From assembly GCA_907165135.1 (NCBI GenBank), contig OU015568.1, positions 15,077,208 through 15,141,207 on the forward strand: a stretch of DNA of 64,000 nucleotides, written 5' to 3'. The notes below the pieces were generated by a model that was not told the DNA's origin, searched no databases, and saw only the letters and a program-made list of their open reading frames with translations. Position 1 is the first letter of the stretch. Every line of letters starts with the position of its first letter. The DNA comes from Oikopleura dioica (taxonomy: Eukaryota; Animalia; Chordata). A program made the translations under genes and the position numbers. Below, piece after piece: positions 24,171-36,737 of this stretch.

Positions 24171-24296
24171 TCAAAGTGCCAATTGTAAATTTAGTTTTAA
24201 CAAGAGGTTAGTTAATTTACACCAGAATAAATAACGAGAAAATTAAAAGAGAATCAAAGATAAATTAATTGAAACCGATAATTGTAAATGAAAGGA

Positions 24297-27200
24297 TTAG
24301 TTAATTTGAGTAGATTTGTTGAGGTCCTTATCAAGAAGAACGGAGTCAGTGTTACGGACCTGATTGGCCGTCAGTTCTTTAACTTTCTCTTTCTCCGCCT
24401 GTAGCGACTTATAAGAGCCCTGCAGGAGCTTTTGAAGTTTAGTGTTTTGCTCGGCGAGCTTTTTGGCGGATTCGCGCTCTTCTTCGAGCGCCTTTTCTGC
24501 TTCTGATACTTGTTTTGTTAGGCTTTCGCTGGATTTCGCGCTGGAACTCAGTTCCTAGTGAAGATGAGGGTTAGTTGATGATGAGTATTAAAAAAGATGA
24601 GAATGGTTGAACACTTGAGACCCTCCCCAAGACTAGAACAAATTGCAGGTTTTAGGGAGGGTCCATGCTATCTGAAAAGTTGGATAGTTACCTCTAGTTG
24701 GGATTCTAAAACGGTTTTCTGGGCGGCTAATGTATTGATTTCATTCTTGTGCTCTTCCTCAGCTTTTTCCACGGCCGTTTGAAGCTCGCTTAGCATCTTT
24801 TCCTGGAAACGCGACTGTAAGAGCACCGTCATGGCGTGGTAGACTTACTGTATCTTTGAGGACATTAGTGAGTCTCTCGTTTTCTTGCTGGGCGTGATCG
24901 GCGCTGCTCTGGAGAGCAGTTATCTGTTCCTGCTGCAGTTTTATTTAGTTAAGTCGGTAGTTAGCGGTAATTAACTCCAAAATTATCACAAATCACACGT
25001 TCCAATCAAAAGAAGGGATCACTCTTCTCTTATTCGACCCTGAGAGGATGCCGAAAAGAATCGCATTTAGATCAGTTCATAAAATTTTGGGAAATTGTAC
25101 TTTTCTTGTTTTCTAGTTGGAATTTACCTTGGCATCTTCTGAGGCTTTTGAAGATGATGATTGGGCTTCTAGCTCGGCGATTTTCTTTGTCGCCTCCTGA
25201 ACATAAGAATGAAGATGACTGATAATTATTTTTTGTTTTCAGAGACCTCAAGTTCGCTCGTCTTTTTAGTGACCATGTTTTCAACAGAATTAAGGGCGTC
25301 CATGGTCTTCCAGCTGCGCTCGCGCAATTGCTAAGACGCAACATTTGGGACCTCGTTTTAATCACCACTAATCACTTACCTCATTCTTTTCTTTGAGTGA
25401 TTTCACCTCTCCTTCCAAATCAGCGACCTTCTGTGCGGCTTCGCTCTCTTTTTGAACATCAACGACCTTGATAATTGAATTATGGTTAGAATGGGAGCAT
25501 TTGATAGTCACCTGGAGTTGGTCCTCGTTGTTTTTCACCTTTTCTTGAAGCTCGGAAATTTCTGCTTCGAATTTGGCCTGGGCGGCGACCAGGGAGTCGT
25601 TGGTGTTGTTCAATTCAGTGTTGGTCTCTAGAAATAGGTTGTTTCAAGTAGTTTTTTGATGACTTGATTACCTTCGAGTGTCTTAACCTTGGCGACATAT
25701 TGGTCGATGTTCTCGTTCATGTTGGAGAGCTTATCGGAGAGTTCTGAAAATAGAAGTTATTCAAAGAATATAAATTGGAAACGAACCTTTGGAAGCAGTT
25801 TCGAATCGCTCGCTTTCGGCGTTTTTGGCTTCCAATTCGGTTGATTTGGCATCAAGTTCGGCTTTGGTGCTTGCGAGCTCAGCGGAGACGGAGTCAAATT
25901 TGCTGCACTTCTCGGTAAGCTGTGCGAGTTGGGCGCTCAAGCCATCAATTTCCGCGTTTTTGTCGTTGAGGGCGGAATCTCGGGCGGAAACCTGGATAAA
26001 TGTATCAGAAGGGATTTGAAGAGGGAATTCGAGAACTTACAGAGTCAAGGGCTTCTTGTTTGTTGTTGGCAATAGCGTTCTCGGATTCAGCAAGTTTAAC
26101 TCGGAGATCGGCGACTTGTCCTTCGAGATCAGCGACCTTGGCGCTTTCAGCGGCGTCGGAAGACTCCTTCAAAGTGGCGAGAGCGGCGTTTGCTTCGGCG
26201 GCGGCGGATTCGGAAGTGGCGAGTTTAGCGGTCAAGTCGGCGACGGTAGCTTTTTCGGCGGCAAGTGATGCTAAAAGAATGGGTATCTGAGTCAAATTAA
26301 AGTTTCTTACCTTCAACCTGCTTGAGAGATTCGGTGGCAGCAGCGGATTCTTGAACCTGTTCAGATTGTTTCTTGGAAGCAGCGAGATCTTCACCGAGTT
26401 TGGCGACTTCAGCGTTGAGCTTGACGTTCTCGTTCTGGGCGGATAGTCGGAGCTGTCGTTCGACCTGGAGCTGGCTCTTCAATTCTTCAGCGTCGCCAAC
26501 AGCGGCGGATCGAGCAATGGCGGAGCTGAGAGCGGCCTGGATGTGAACATTGGTAGCTTCGGCGTTCTTCAACTTGCTCTCGAGATCAGCAACTTTCTTG
26601 GCGGATTCATCGCGGACTGAGTCGGAAACTTTCTTGGCAGCATCGGAGATTTTCTTGGCGTCGGAAGCTTCTTTTTTGGCGACTTGGATTTGAGATTCGA
26701 GGTCGAAGATCTTGGAGAGTTGTTTGTTCAATTCGGCCTGGGTCTTGTCATTCTGCTGCTTGAGCTCGTCGTTCTTCTTCTTCAAGTTCTCGGCATTCGA
26801 AGCAAGAGTGACCTTGGATCCTTTGGGCACGCGTCCGCCGAGTCCTTTCAAAATCTGTCCGATGAGTTTTTCGCCTTTTTCTTCGGTGAGCTTTCCAGCT
26901 GGGATGACAGATCCTTCAGAAGCTTGCTTCTTTGCCTGGGCTTTGGGCTGGGATTTAGTCGCTTTAGGCTGGGGTCGGCATCGGTGCACGGTGCCCGGGG
27001 CACGTGCCCCGCTGCCCCGAATGTCCCGTTTTTTACAGCGGGGCGGGGCGGGGCACCGGTTGTCGGTGCCCCGTTGTGCCCCGCTTAACTATTTATGGCG
27101 AAATGAACGTTCTAGAAAGGGATTTAACACTCACTTTTGAAAAATCTTCTCCAAATTTAAAAAAATTTTTCTTTAAAATAATGATTTCTATAATCGAGAC

Positions 27201-27800
27201 CGTTTATGAACCCTTGAAAACTGTCAAAAAACTTCTTGAATCCTTTTGATTATCGAAAATCCGAAAAATTTGCTTAAAACTATGGTTAAAACGGGGCACT
27301 CGGGGCACACGGGGCAAACGGGGCACGCGGGGCGGGGCGGGGCACGAGCCTCGAGAAAAAACAACGGGGCGGGGCGGGGCGGGGCACCATGATTCGAGGC
27401 ACCGATGCCGACCCCAGGCTTTAGGGGCAGCTGCTTCTTGCTTGGGGGCTTCTTTGGGCTCAGGGGTTTTGGCTTTAGGTTTTTGGGTCTCCTTTTTCTC
27501 GACAACGGGCTGCTTCTTTTCCTTGACTGGAGCTGGCGCTTCTGCTTTCGCGGTGGTTTCAGCGGCCTCGGTTGTCACACTTTCGGAATCTCGGTCAGTT
27601 CGTGCGCGCGATTTCTTGTCTTTCTTTCCGTTCTTGCTCTTGGAGCCTTTTTTGGGCGCCTTGATGTTCAAAATTTCACGACGTTCCTGGGCAAGTGCCT
27701 CGTAGCCAGAATCAGACTCATTTCCAAAGAAGGAAACGAAGCCGAATGCGGCACATCCGAGAATCGCCACAATGGCTCCTACCAAAAGAACCGGATCCAT
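24297..27800 (-). CDS. RRBP1: Ribosome-binding protein 1 (p180)/kinectin-like ER membrane coiled-coil protein
   Basis: N-terminal TM followed by GYEALAQERRE and a Lys-rich segment, then a long coiled coil. Conserved KEKNEQLRERSWKTMDAL motif. Interrupted by the MITE at 26969-27417. Confidence 0.8.
26969..27417. mobile_element. MITE (hAT-like) inserted in RRBP1 coding sequence
   Basis: 19-bp perfect TIR CTGGGGTCGGCATCGGTGC/GCACCGATGCCGACCCCAG. Exact 8-bp TSD GCTTTAGG (26961-26968, 27418-27425). Subterminal CGGGG repeats. Confidence 0.93.
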
Positions 27801-27916
27801 CTAAAAACATGTCTGTTAAAATATTATTTCCGTGAATAAATTAAAATCGTGTCGGTATCTTTGAAAGGGCAAAAATAGACAAGTCCAAATAAAGACGGGC
27901 AGTTACAGGAAAATTT

Positions 27917-28653
27917 TCAATATTTCTTAAAAGGCGTATTCAGCAATTCCAGCAGCGCGGAGGCTTTTTTCTCTCCAATACCAGAAATGCACGCGATTTC
28001 GGTTTGATTAGATTTTGCGATTTGCGCGAGTGACCCAGTTTGACGCAGGAGACTGGCGCTGTCTGGGAAAACAAAGTCAGAATATCGTCTCTCTAGAAAT
28101 TATTACCCGAACTGTTGAAGCCATCGGCGTGAGTGAGGAGCTTCGTGATTCGGTCGGTCTCGTCAAACTTTTGCTTTAACGAGTCGGGGCCCTTGTTGGC
28201 GAAGCGTTTGAAGTTTTCAATGTGCGTCGCTGCTTCTTGGAGGTTAAAGGCGATCAGCAGCGTAAAGCCGATTTGAACGCTCAAGACTGAAAGAGTTCTA
28301 CCGGCTTCCTCCGCGTTAGCAGCGTCAATGTACAGTAACACGACGATGAGTTTCAAGCTCGTTTCTCGCAGCTTGGCGACTGTTTCTTCAATATACGAGC
28401 GGCGGTAGTTGTAGTACTTGAGCGAGAGCCACAGAATCCCGACATCGGGGGAGGTCTGAAAGTCGACAGGGATTTCGGAGATTTGATACGGGACTTTCGA
28501 GAAGCGCTCTAACACTGGATTCAAGGTTTGCTTCTGGGACACTTGAATGTTCATCCATGAAACGGGTTTTGGTGCGCTTTTCTGTCTTTCCGCCTCGTCG
28601 ACGTCTCTCAAGGCGTCTTCAAAATCGTCATCTTCGAAGTCATCGTCCGCCAT
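27917..28653 (-). CDS. ERCC1: DNA excision repair protein ERCC1
   Basis: IQVSQKQTLNPVL..VPY..DF..ILWLSLKYY central domain. The second exon (28062-27917) has the HhH motif CISGIGEKKA..LNTPF. Confidence 0.88.
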
Positions 28654-29067
28654 CTCGTTTTACTCCCATCGATTCTCTGAAAGGAGAAAGTTGAAAAAAA
28701 TCGAGAAAGTTATAAAAATAGAATATGTTTTTGAGTAGAAAAGAATAGGGATAAATGAAAGTTGAACTTCAAAAATCATCGAAGACAAAGTCGATTGAAC
28801 AGAAGGATCTTTGAAGAAAGACCATAACGAGAATGGGAACAGAAACAACCGGATATTTTGAGGAACGATGAAAGAACAAGTTGATGATGTTAACAAATAG
28901 ATATTTCCTTAGATGCTCATGATTTCATGTGATTAGAAAACTATCTGCCTTCCTTCTGAAACTAACTTTCTCCAGGGAAATGGATCACCAGAAATGTGCG
29001 TCCCTGGTCACTGCAAAAAGCAGTCCACAAAAAAACAAGAACATGAAAATCACGAAGCATGAGGATA

Positions 29068-30905
29068 TCATCTGAAGAGTGAGTTAGTTTCTGAAAGGAG
29101 GCCGGTCGGACAGAGATGTCTTTGGAAGCTCAAAGGGGACTTTTCGTTTTTTGATTGATTTGAGATAGTCAACTTCTGCACGTATTTTTCTTTGATGCTC
29201 TTCGAGCTCTGTACGCTCCTTTGCTATAAATTGGTTCTCTTTTATGCTTTAATTTAATTTCATTCAGTGAATGATCAAGGAATATGATTTATAATCTTTG
29301 AAATCTACCGCAACAAATTGTAGCTTACAGTATACAATGGTAGATCAAATAAATATTATTATCAATCAAACTTCCAAAGAAAACCCGTTCCTAACGATTT
29401 GCCTTCTTCAATCAACTCAGTCAGGCGTCTTCTGAGCTCTTGGTTTTCTCTTTTCGCAGCAGTGGTTCTCTCCACGACCATCTTTTTCGCCTCCATGTTG
29501 AGCTTCTGCTGCTCTTCTTTCGAGGTAGAAACGGCGTATGCTTGGTATTCTCGTTGTTTTTCGAGGCACTCGATTTTCATTTTCTGCAGCATTTCTGCGT
29601 CTTCCACTTGCATCCGCGCGTACTGCTCTTTTAGCTCCTGAAATTATGGTTGAAATATAATTGGAAAAAACAGAGAAGTTTTTACTGCGCTAGATGAATT
29701 CCAATCTACTCGCCTCGATTTTACGATCGTTTTGCTCCTTCAAAAGCACAAGATCAGCCATCGACTGAAGCTCGTCCTGAAGCTTGATTCTTTTAAACTC
29801 TTCGTCGCGGATGAGTCCGTTGATTCGGTTGATTTCGGCTTCGTGAGCTGCCTGAAGCCGAGCTTCTTCGTCGTCCAGCTCTTTTAGTTGGCGGGCTTGA
29901 TCGTCGTGGATTGAGACGATTTGCTGATGTCTTGAAGAAAATTTATTTTTAAGGAACTTTCGCATGGAACTGACCTCTTTTCGCGCTTTGCTTCTATGTA
30001 ATTAGCGAATTCGCGCGCCTCTTCGTGCGTCTCTGCCGTTTTCTGCTTGACTTCGTCATGCTTCTTACGCAGCTCGTTAACTTTCGCCCGCGTTATCGTG
30101 TATTTCTCCTCGATCTATTCCATGGGTTCACGATTTTTTACAAAAGGGGTCTCGATTTTATCGGACAACTTCCTCTAGAATGCCTCTATTTTGCCCGTTC
30201 TGATGGTGTCCCGCTTTTTCACAAACAAAAAACTGAACTTGTATCTTGAGAAAAGTGACCCCATTTTCCTTTTTCAATTCCTCTTCAAGCAAACATTCTT
30301 GCGAAGTGACCACTCCTGGATCGGGTGCTAAAATATTTTTTCATTTTTGCTTGGTCATGTTTGGCGGAACGATAAAAGTTCGCGATTGCATGATTTTGTA
30401 AACAAGTGACGCAACGTTTAGGCGAAATAGATCCTTCTCGGTGAATTTGGCGGTCTTTTCGAGGACCACTTCGAAATCGCTAATTGCACTTGAAAAATGG
30501 TTCTTGAAAATACCGGATATTTTCATATGAAAAATCAGAAAATTCAAAAAAGGCACAAGCATATGATCATTGTCTTCTTATCACTCAATTTTACTATCGT
30601 CACCAAACTAATTTTCTCTGAAAAAATAAATTTTTCACAAAAATGACGAAAAGTGGCTCGAATCGTCAAAAAATTGCAAGAATTTTGACCAATTCTAAGA
30701 CCAATCAGATTTTTACATTCTTGCCAATCATTCAAGCATTAAAATAATTCAAAAAAAGTAATGATGAAAACCACTGTTTTTCATTATTCAAGCAACGAAA
30801 CAAATTTTAAGATAAAATTTTAAAAGAAGAATTCATTACTAAATAATTACCGGTTTCTTCTCCTTTCTTTCCCTTCTCTTCCTTTTCGCCCTTCTTCTTA
30901 GCCAT
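29068..30905 (-). CDS. CCDC166/CCDC121/BBOF1-like coiled-coil protein (DUF4515-type)
   Basis: MAKKKGEK start. Motifs RHQQIVSIHDDQ, KMKIECLEKQREY and ENQELRRRLTELIEE. Five introns, two of them GA-AG. Confidence 0.6.
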
Positions 30906-30959
30906 GTTCAAATTCTGAGTGTCCTCTTCTGAAGTTCCTTTGTCGACAATGATGAAGAT

Positions 30960-31245
30960 CTGCGTCCGTCTTGCCACGCAGAGGACCGGGCTCGGCGCTT
31001 TTTGATTGGTGGAGGAGGGAGCGCCGCCGCCAATTGGCTTCGATTCGCGCAGCCGCGAACATTTCGCGCGCGCTCGTCCTCGACGATCCTGCGCTAGTCG
31101 CGGAACTGACCCCGGATGACCTCAAATGACCCCCGCCGCGCCGCCCGACCCTCCCGCTCCTCCCGCGGTCACCCCGCTCGACGGGAGGAGCACCCTCTTC
31201 GCTCCGTTAATTCTTCCAGCGCCACCCGCCCAGGGGCCACCAACG
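30960..31245. promoter_or_regulatory. GC-rich bidirectional promoter region with CCAAT boxes and three TGACCY half-sites
   Basis: Lies between divergent genes. ATTGG near 31004 and 31033. TGACCC/TGACCT/TGACCC at 31107, 31117 and 31127. Confidence 0.5.
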
Positions 31246-31782
31246 AAAAAATAAGAATCCCTGAACACTAATGCCGAAAATGCTCAGCCTACTGTCAAAA
31301 AAGTGATAATGATCGAGCATAAACTGTGTTGAGAACTGTACTAACAAGAGTTTGAGCCTGTCAGTTGAGCTGAAAAGCTGAAAGAAACTGAAAAATTTGA
31401 AGATTAGACGATCATGGAGAACAGTGGGAGACAAGCTTCTACTCAAGTAAATGGTAAAGTTGTTGTGGAATGAAAAAGTCGACTATCTGCGGCCCAACTT
31501 TGAAAATTTCTTTGAGAATCTTGAGCAGAAAGTCAGACCAAGCTTAGAATATTTTTGATAAATCATTAATGTTAAGTCCTATTCTTATATTGTTCTTTAT
31601 TCACACGTGAGCCAATAAAGCACTAAAAAAGCGCGATTATTCTGATGGAGGACAAATTTGGAAAAACTCCAAAGAATGAAAGAATGACATCATAGGGGCG
31701 CGCGTAACGCATGTTTTTTCACTTCAGAGATTTCCTTTATTAGTTTCTTTTTTCTTTTTGTTCTTAAATAAGAGATCAGCAG

Positions 31783-34179
31783 ATGACTGGAGAATATTCA
31801 GATGTGGACCAAGAAGTTCTACAGAGTTCTCTACGGCGACCAGGGCAGAGGAGAAGACAGAGGCCTGGCGTTTCTGTTTCTTTTAGGGAACCAGAGGTAC
31901 GAGTTCTTGCTATTCAAATATTTAGTCAGTCATTTGTGCTCTGATAAAGGCTAGAATCTTTTTATTCTAGCGTTTGCCGATCCGCCGCTATCAGCTGATC
32001 GTCCTTTCCATGTGCTGCTACATAAACTTCACTTCCAACATGTCATTCACAATCCTCGCCTCCTTTTTCGACGAAAACGCAACAAAACATGGCCTGTCGA
32101 AAACGCAAATTGGCTTTATCGTCGCGATTTATGCAGGCATTGCTACAGTGGGCTGCCCTATCTTTGGAATTTACCTGGCAAAGCTTGGGAAGAAATTCAC
32201 GCTTATCGCCGGCCTCATGTGTGCCAGCGTCTGTGCCGGCCTCTTTGCCTTTTAGACGACTTGGCTGACCCGAGGATGTATTTGGGAATGGGAATACTCC
32301 TCAGAGGAGTCCAAGCCGTCGGGGTATCAGCTTACTTCACCGCGACATATGCTTTTCTAGTGGAAGAATGGCGAGGATCGCGACTTTCCTTGGCCTTAGG
32401 CGTGTACGAGGCTTTCACTGGTCTGGGGATGATTCTTGGGCCGATCACAGGATCAATTCTTTACAGGAAGGATTTTCCATTTTCCATTTTCGTCAATGTC
32501 AGTGTCAGTGATTCACTGAAATCATGGAATAATACGATCACAGAAGGCGCTGATTCCAATGGCAGTGATTTTTCGTAATAATAATGATTCAAATATTGTC
32601 TGAAAACGACTAATTTATACAATTTCTTTACCTCCTCAGATTATTTTACGACGATATGTATTCGATGGAAAATTTTATCGAAGCATTGGGGGCTACCGGC
32701 TACCGTTTTTAGTCGTCAGCGGAATGCTCTTTCTTGCTGCGAGCATTAATCTCGTCGCCCTTGATTCCACTGATGCATTCGGGAGCGACGATTACCGTCA
32801 ACTCTCGGAAAATGATGACGACGAGGATCAGCAGCTACTTGACTCTGAACGCCCTGCTGATTCAACGAGCTATGGAATCAAGATCCTGCTCTCGAGTGGG
32901 CTCTTTCTCATCCCGAACATACTAATGATCCCAGTCTGGTCCTGCATGGACTTTGCGATTCCATTCGTAGGCCCCTACCTTGAAGAATGCGAACCAGGGA
33001 GGGCTTTTTCATTAAAAGTGAATCTAATGATTCAACAACGCCAACTGTTTCTTCTTTTCGTGGCATTAGCTCACTTCCGTCGCTGTCTGGTTTTTCTCCT
33101 TAAATTCATCAAGTTGCACTGAATTTCAGACAATTATACCAAATTTGAGACTCTCAAATTTAGAGGCTCAACATGTGTTTTCGAGGAAAAGAGTATGAAG
33201 GTTTATTCCTTAGTTATATTCAGTTATTGAATTTCCATGAAAGGATTACATAATATCATATTATTATATTATTAATATGATAATGAGCCCGTTTGACAGG
33301 AACAACAAAGATCCAAATCGGCCTTCTCTTCGTCATTTTTGCCGTTGCATACATGTTCACCTCCCCTCTTTGGGGCTACCTTTGCGGTCGATTCTCCGTC
33401 TCAAGATCATTGATGTTCTGGGGCTCGTTTTTCGCGGCGATGAGCTACCTATTTCTTGGTCCAAGTCCATGGCTCCAACATTTCGGCATGCACTTCGGAT
33501 GCTCTTTTAAAAACGTAGCTATTGCCATGGCGATTCTAGGGCTGAGCCTGTCCGCGGCCATCATCCCCAGTTGCAACGAAATGGTAGAAGTTGCGAGAAA
33601 AGAAGGAGTGGAAGAACAAAGTATGAGAATTTGAATAAACAAAACGAAAATCAAATTTTAGCATCGAATTTCATCGCTGGACTGAGCAACTCGCTAATCT
33701 TCTTTGGAGAATTTGTTGGGCCAACATTCGGAGGATTCATGCTCGATTTTGCAGAGGGAGACTTTTCCGTGGGTTGCTCTTATTTTTCCGTCGTGTGCCT
33801 TGTTATCGTCTCGTTCTGTAAGGATCAAGTATAAAATGTTAATCTGAATTTCTTTCCGAGGTGGAATATGGTGGATTGCGCTTCTTACAAAGAGGAAATG
33901 CAGACAGATGGACGAGACTGTTCAAGAAAGGAGGCTGAGGAGAACGATCGAAGAGAGGAGCAATAGAAGAAGGAGAAGAAGACTTCATTCCTTATCAAAT
34001 GTAAGAGTCTCTTACTAAGAGATTCAAAATGATTGATTGATAATTGGAGTATGAAGGCTAAAATTTCTTTTTAGTCTATTTCTACTGGTCCTATGTCACT
34101 CACAGAGTCACTCGGAAGCTCTATGAGAATGCAGTATCATGACTTGATGGATTCAACAGAAATAGAAGACGAAGAATAA
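31783..34179 (+). CDS. SLC18B1: MFS transporter, SLC18B1-like (apparent 1-nt frameshift at ~32252)
   Basis: Multiple TM helices. Motifs GLSKTQIGFI, LRGVQAVG, GLGMILGP..GS.LY.IGGY.LPF, FLGPSP and GEFVGPTFGG. Confidence 0.8.
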
Positions 34180-34510
34180 CTCGCAATTGAGCTTTTTCTT
34201 CTTTAGTATTTATGAAATTGAGCCGATTCTCAACCCTGATATTAGAGAATATCAACCTGCTGCCCTACTAACTTGAAACCTACGTCGTACTTCTTAACCT
34301 AAATAAAGATTAATTTAACGAAAAGTATTTTGGCGAAGGTTTTTATTTCTAAATCTGAAGAGAAAAGAGAGAGATCTTGATTGTTGAGTAAAGTCTAGTT
34401 TGGCAGTGCACATGTTTATCAGTCTTTTGTTGTCGTTTAGGTCGGTGCAAAAGGTCTCAATATACAGAAATTTATCTGAAAGTACAGGAATAGTTCAACG
34501 ATAGGTTTGA

Positions 34511-36737
34511 TCAAACATAGCCGGAATGTAGGGAGCTGTAAGGAGGTGGCGGCTCGACGAAATCATCGCCAATTGTCACCACTGAATTTTGTTATGAATG
34601 AATAACATACTCTTCCTAGAGGCAGGAATTTAGTCATACCCGAGTCAATTCGACGATTCGGAGGTCTCCAAGATGCGGAGCTGCTGGACATGCTGACATT
34701 CCTAAGGGGAGGAACCGGCGTCGCCCCATCCGTGCACGATGAATCCTGGGAGGCTGGAGTCATTTCCATCAGCAGCGCTTCGAACTCCGCCTTGATCCCG
34801 TTGAAATTTTTTCGCTTCCATTTATCCTCGCTAAAAAAGGAACAATAAGGAAGGGAGATTAATGTTGAGACTCTCTTACTCAAGGCACTTTTTCATTATC
34901 GCATGAACTTTGTCGGGCATGTCTTGAGGCTTTTTGGGGCGATTTCCCTTTTCAAGGTACTGCAGGAAAATTGTCGGTTCTGTAGGCGCTTTTGGAAACG
35001 GAACTAAATGGGATAAAGAAGGAAGCAAAAAGTGATGGAATTTTACCCGCTCCATAGGAGAAGATCTCCCAGATGACGATTCCAAAGCTCCAAACATCGG
35101 ATCTTTCATCGTAGAAGTGAAATTTAAGGGATTCTGGCGACATCCACTTCACTGGAATCGGTAAATTACGAAGTATCGAGTTTCGCTTTGAAAAATGGCC
35201 TCCTTGAGCGTGCGATCGAGAAAGTCCGAAATCAGCGACTAATTTAAAAGATGAAAATAGGGTTTTAGTAAGCGAGCTTCTGCTGAAAATTCTGCTGAGA
35301 AGCGATTATTACCTTTGACGCGCATTTTATCGTCGAGGAGACAATTACGGGCGGCTAAATCACGATGGATGAGATTATTGCCGGCCAAATACTCCATTCC
35401 ATCGGCAATATCCCGACAGAAATTGATCATCAATCCTGGGGTCAGCGAGTTGCGATTCTTTTTCACGTACAAATTCAGCGACCCATGTTCCATCCACTAA
35501 AGACCAATAATAAGGGCTTCAAAACTGTATTGAAATTTACCTTGAAAACGAGGCAAAAGTTGTTGTCAATTTCCACAATGCCCTTGAGAGACAGGACATG
35601 TTTGTGATCCAAACCTCTCATCTTGACGCCTTCACGCTGAATAAATCAACTGTAATTCAACATTAGAGAGTCTTGAGCTGGCTTTCACTTGTATCTACTG
35701 AATGATTCAAGAGCACCACTCTACACAATGCCCGCAAGAACAGACATTCTACGGTGTCTTCTACGGAGAAGTCGATCAAAAATTGACGACCATTTTGAAC
35801 GGTACTTTGCCAGGTTAAATTTTGAATCTTTGAAGGCTCCGATTTCAGATTTATTACCTTGAGTAGATCAATCAGCTCCTTATCCTTTTCGCGGCTCGTG
35901 TCTTCGTCCACTTTTATCGTCTTAATCGCGATCTCGTAATTGAGTCCATTGGATCTTCTGAAACTTCCTTTCCAAATTGTACCAAACGCGCCTTCCGCTA
36001 TTTTTCGCTGCGTTGTGATTCGACTCTGGTCCAAGAATAGCTCTTCCGGGAACACCTGAAAATTATGATTATGATCGTCAAATTTTAACAACAAAAAGTG
36101 AGGGCAATGCACAAACTTTAGTTCGGCACTTTTTCGATTCTTATGAAAAAGAAAAGACTAACCTTGTCAATCTTGACCTCCCTCGCCTTTCTGTAGCACT
36201 TCCTGAGACTGAAGGTGGGACAAAGACATCCCTTGATCCAGGGACCAAGAACAATCAAGGTCAAAATCAGAATAATCGAGCCACAAACGATGCCAAAGAC
36301 GATTCCCGTTACATCGCTGCTGCGCGCCATTTCGTTTTCGTACTTCTTCCACATTCCAGGTGTGATAATGTTACTACCAGCATCGGAGGCCTCAGCTGCG
36401 ATTTTCTCGATCCACGAGCGCTCGCAACGATCTCCTAAAAATAATTTTAGCAGAGGTCAGTATTTTTTAATTCCATGATCATAAATCATTTTAATGAACT
36501 ATCAATTTTTATATCGCAACAACATGAGTTCTTTTCGCAATAAAAGGTGTTTCTCTATTCCGACTTTCGGACAGAAGACTAACCCTAGGCTCGGCAACCG
36601 GAATCAGGTTCTGAAGAGTTTAATGAAATGCCGCGTGGCGGCTTTTTTTTATATAAAAGAAGCCGCTAGGCTTGACGCTCACGATGAAATCGATGGAAAT
36701 GTCGGGTGGAATGGTCGACAATCTTGGCAAAGACGTC
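34511..36737 (-). CDS. Receptor tyrosine kinase (single TM; upstream exons may extend to ~39054)
   Basis: TM GIVFGIVCGSIILILTLIV. Motifs EGAFG, IAIK, GMEYL..IHRDLAARNC, DFG, PVKWMSPES, SDVWSFG. The tail ends PPPPYSSLHSGYV. Confidence 0.88.
36587..36671. mobile_element. MITE family A, partial copy
   Basis: GGCTCGGCAACC..ATCAGG..GCCGCGTGGCGGCTTT..GAAGCCGC resembles the left arm of 2955-3199 and 62250-62420. Confidence 0.6.

Noticed and set aside
30960-31245. GC-rich island as telomerase RNA or an rRNA fragment
   Set aside because: No CTAACCCT template and no recognisable rRNA motifs.
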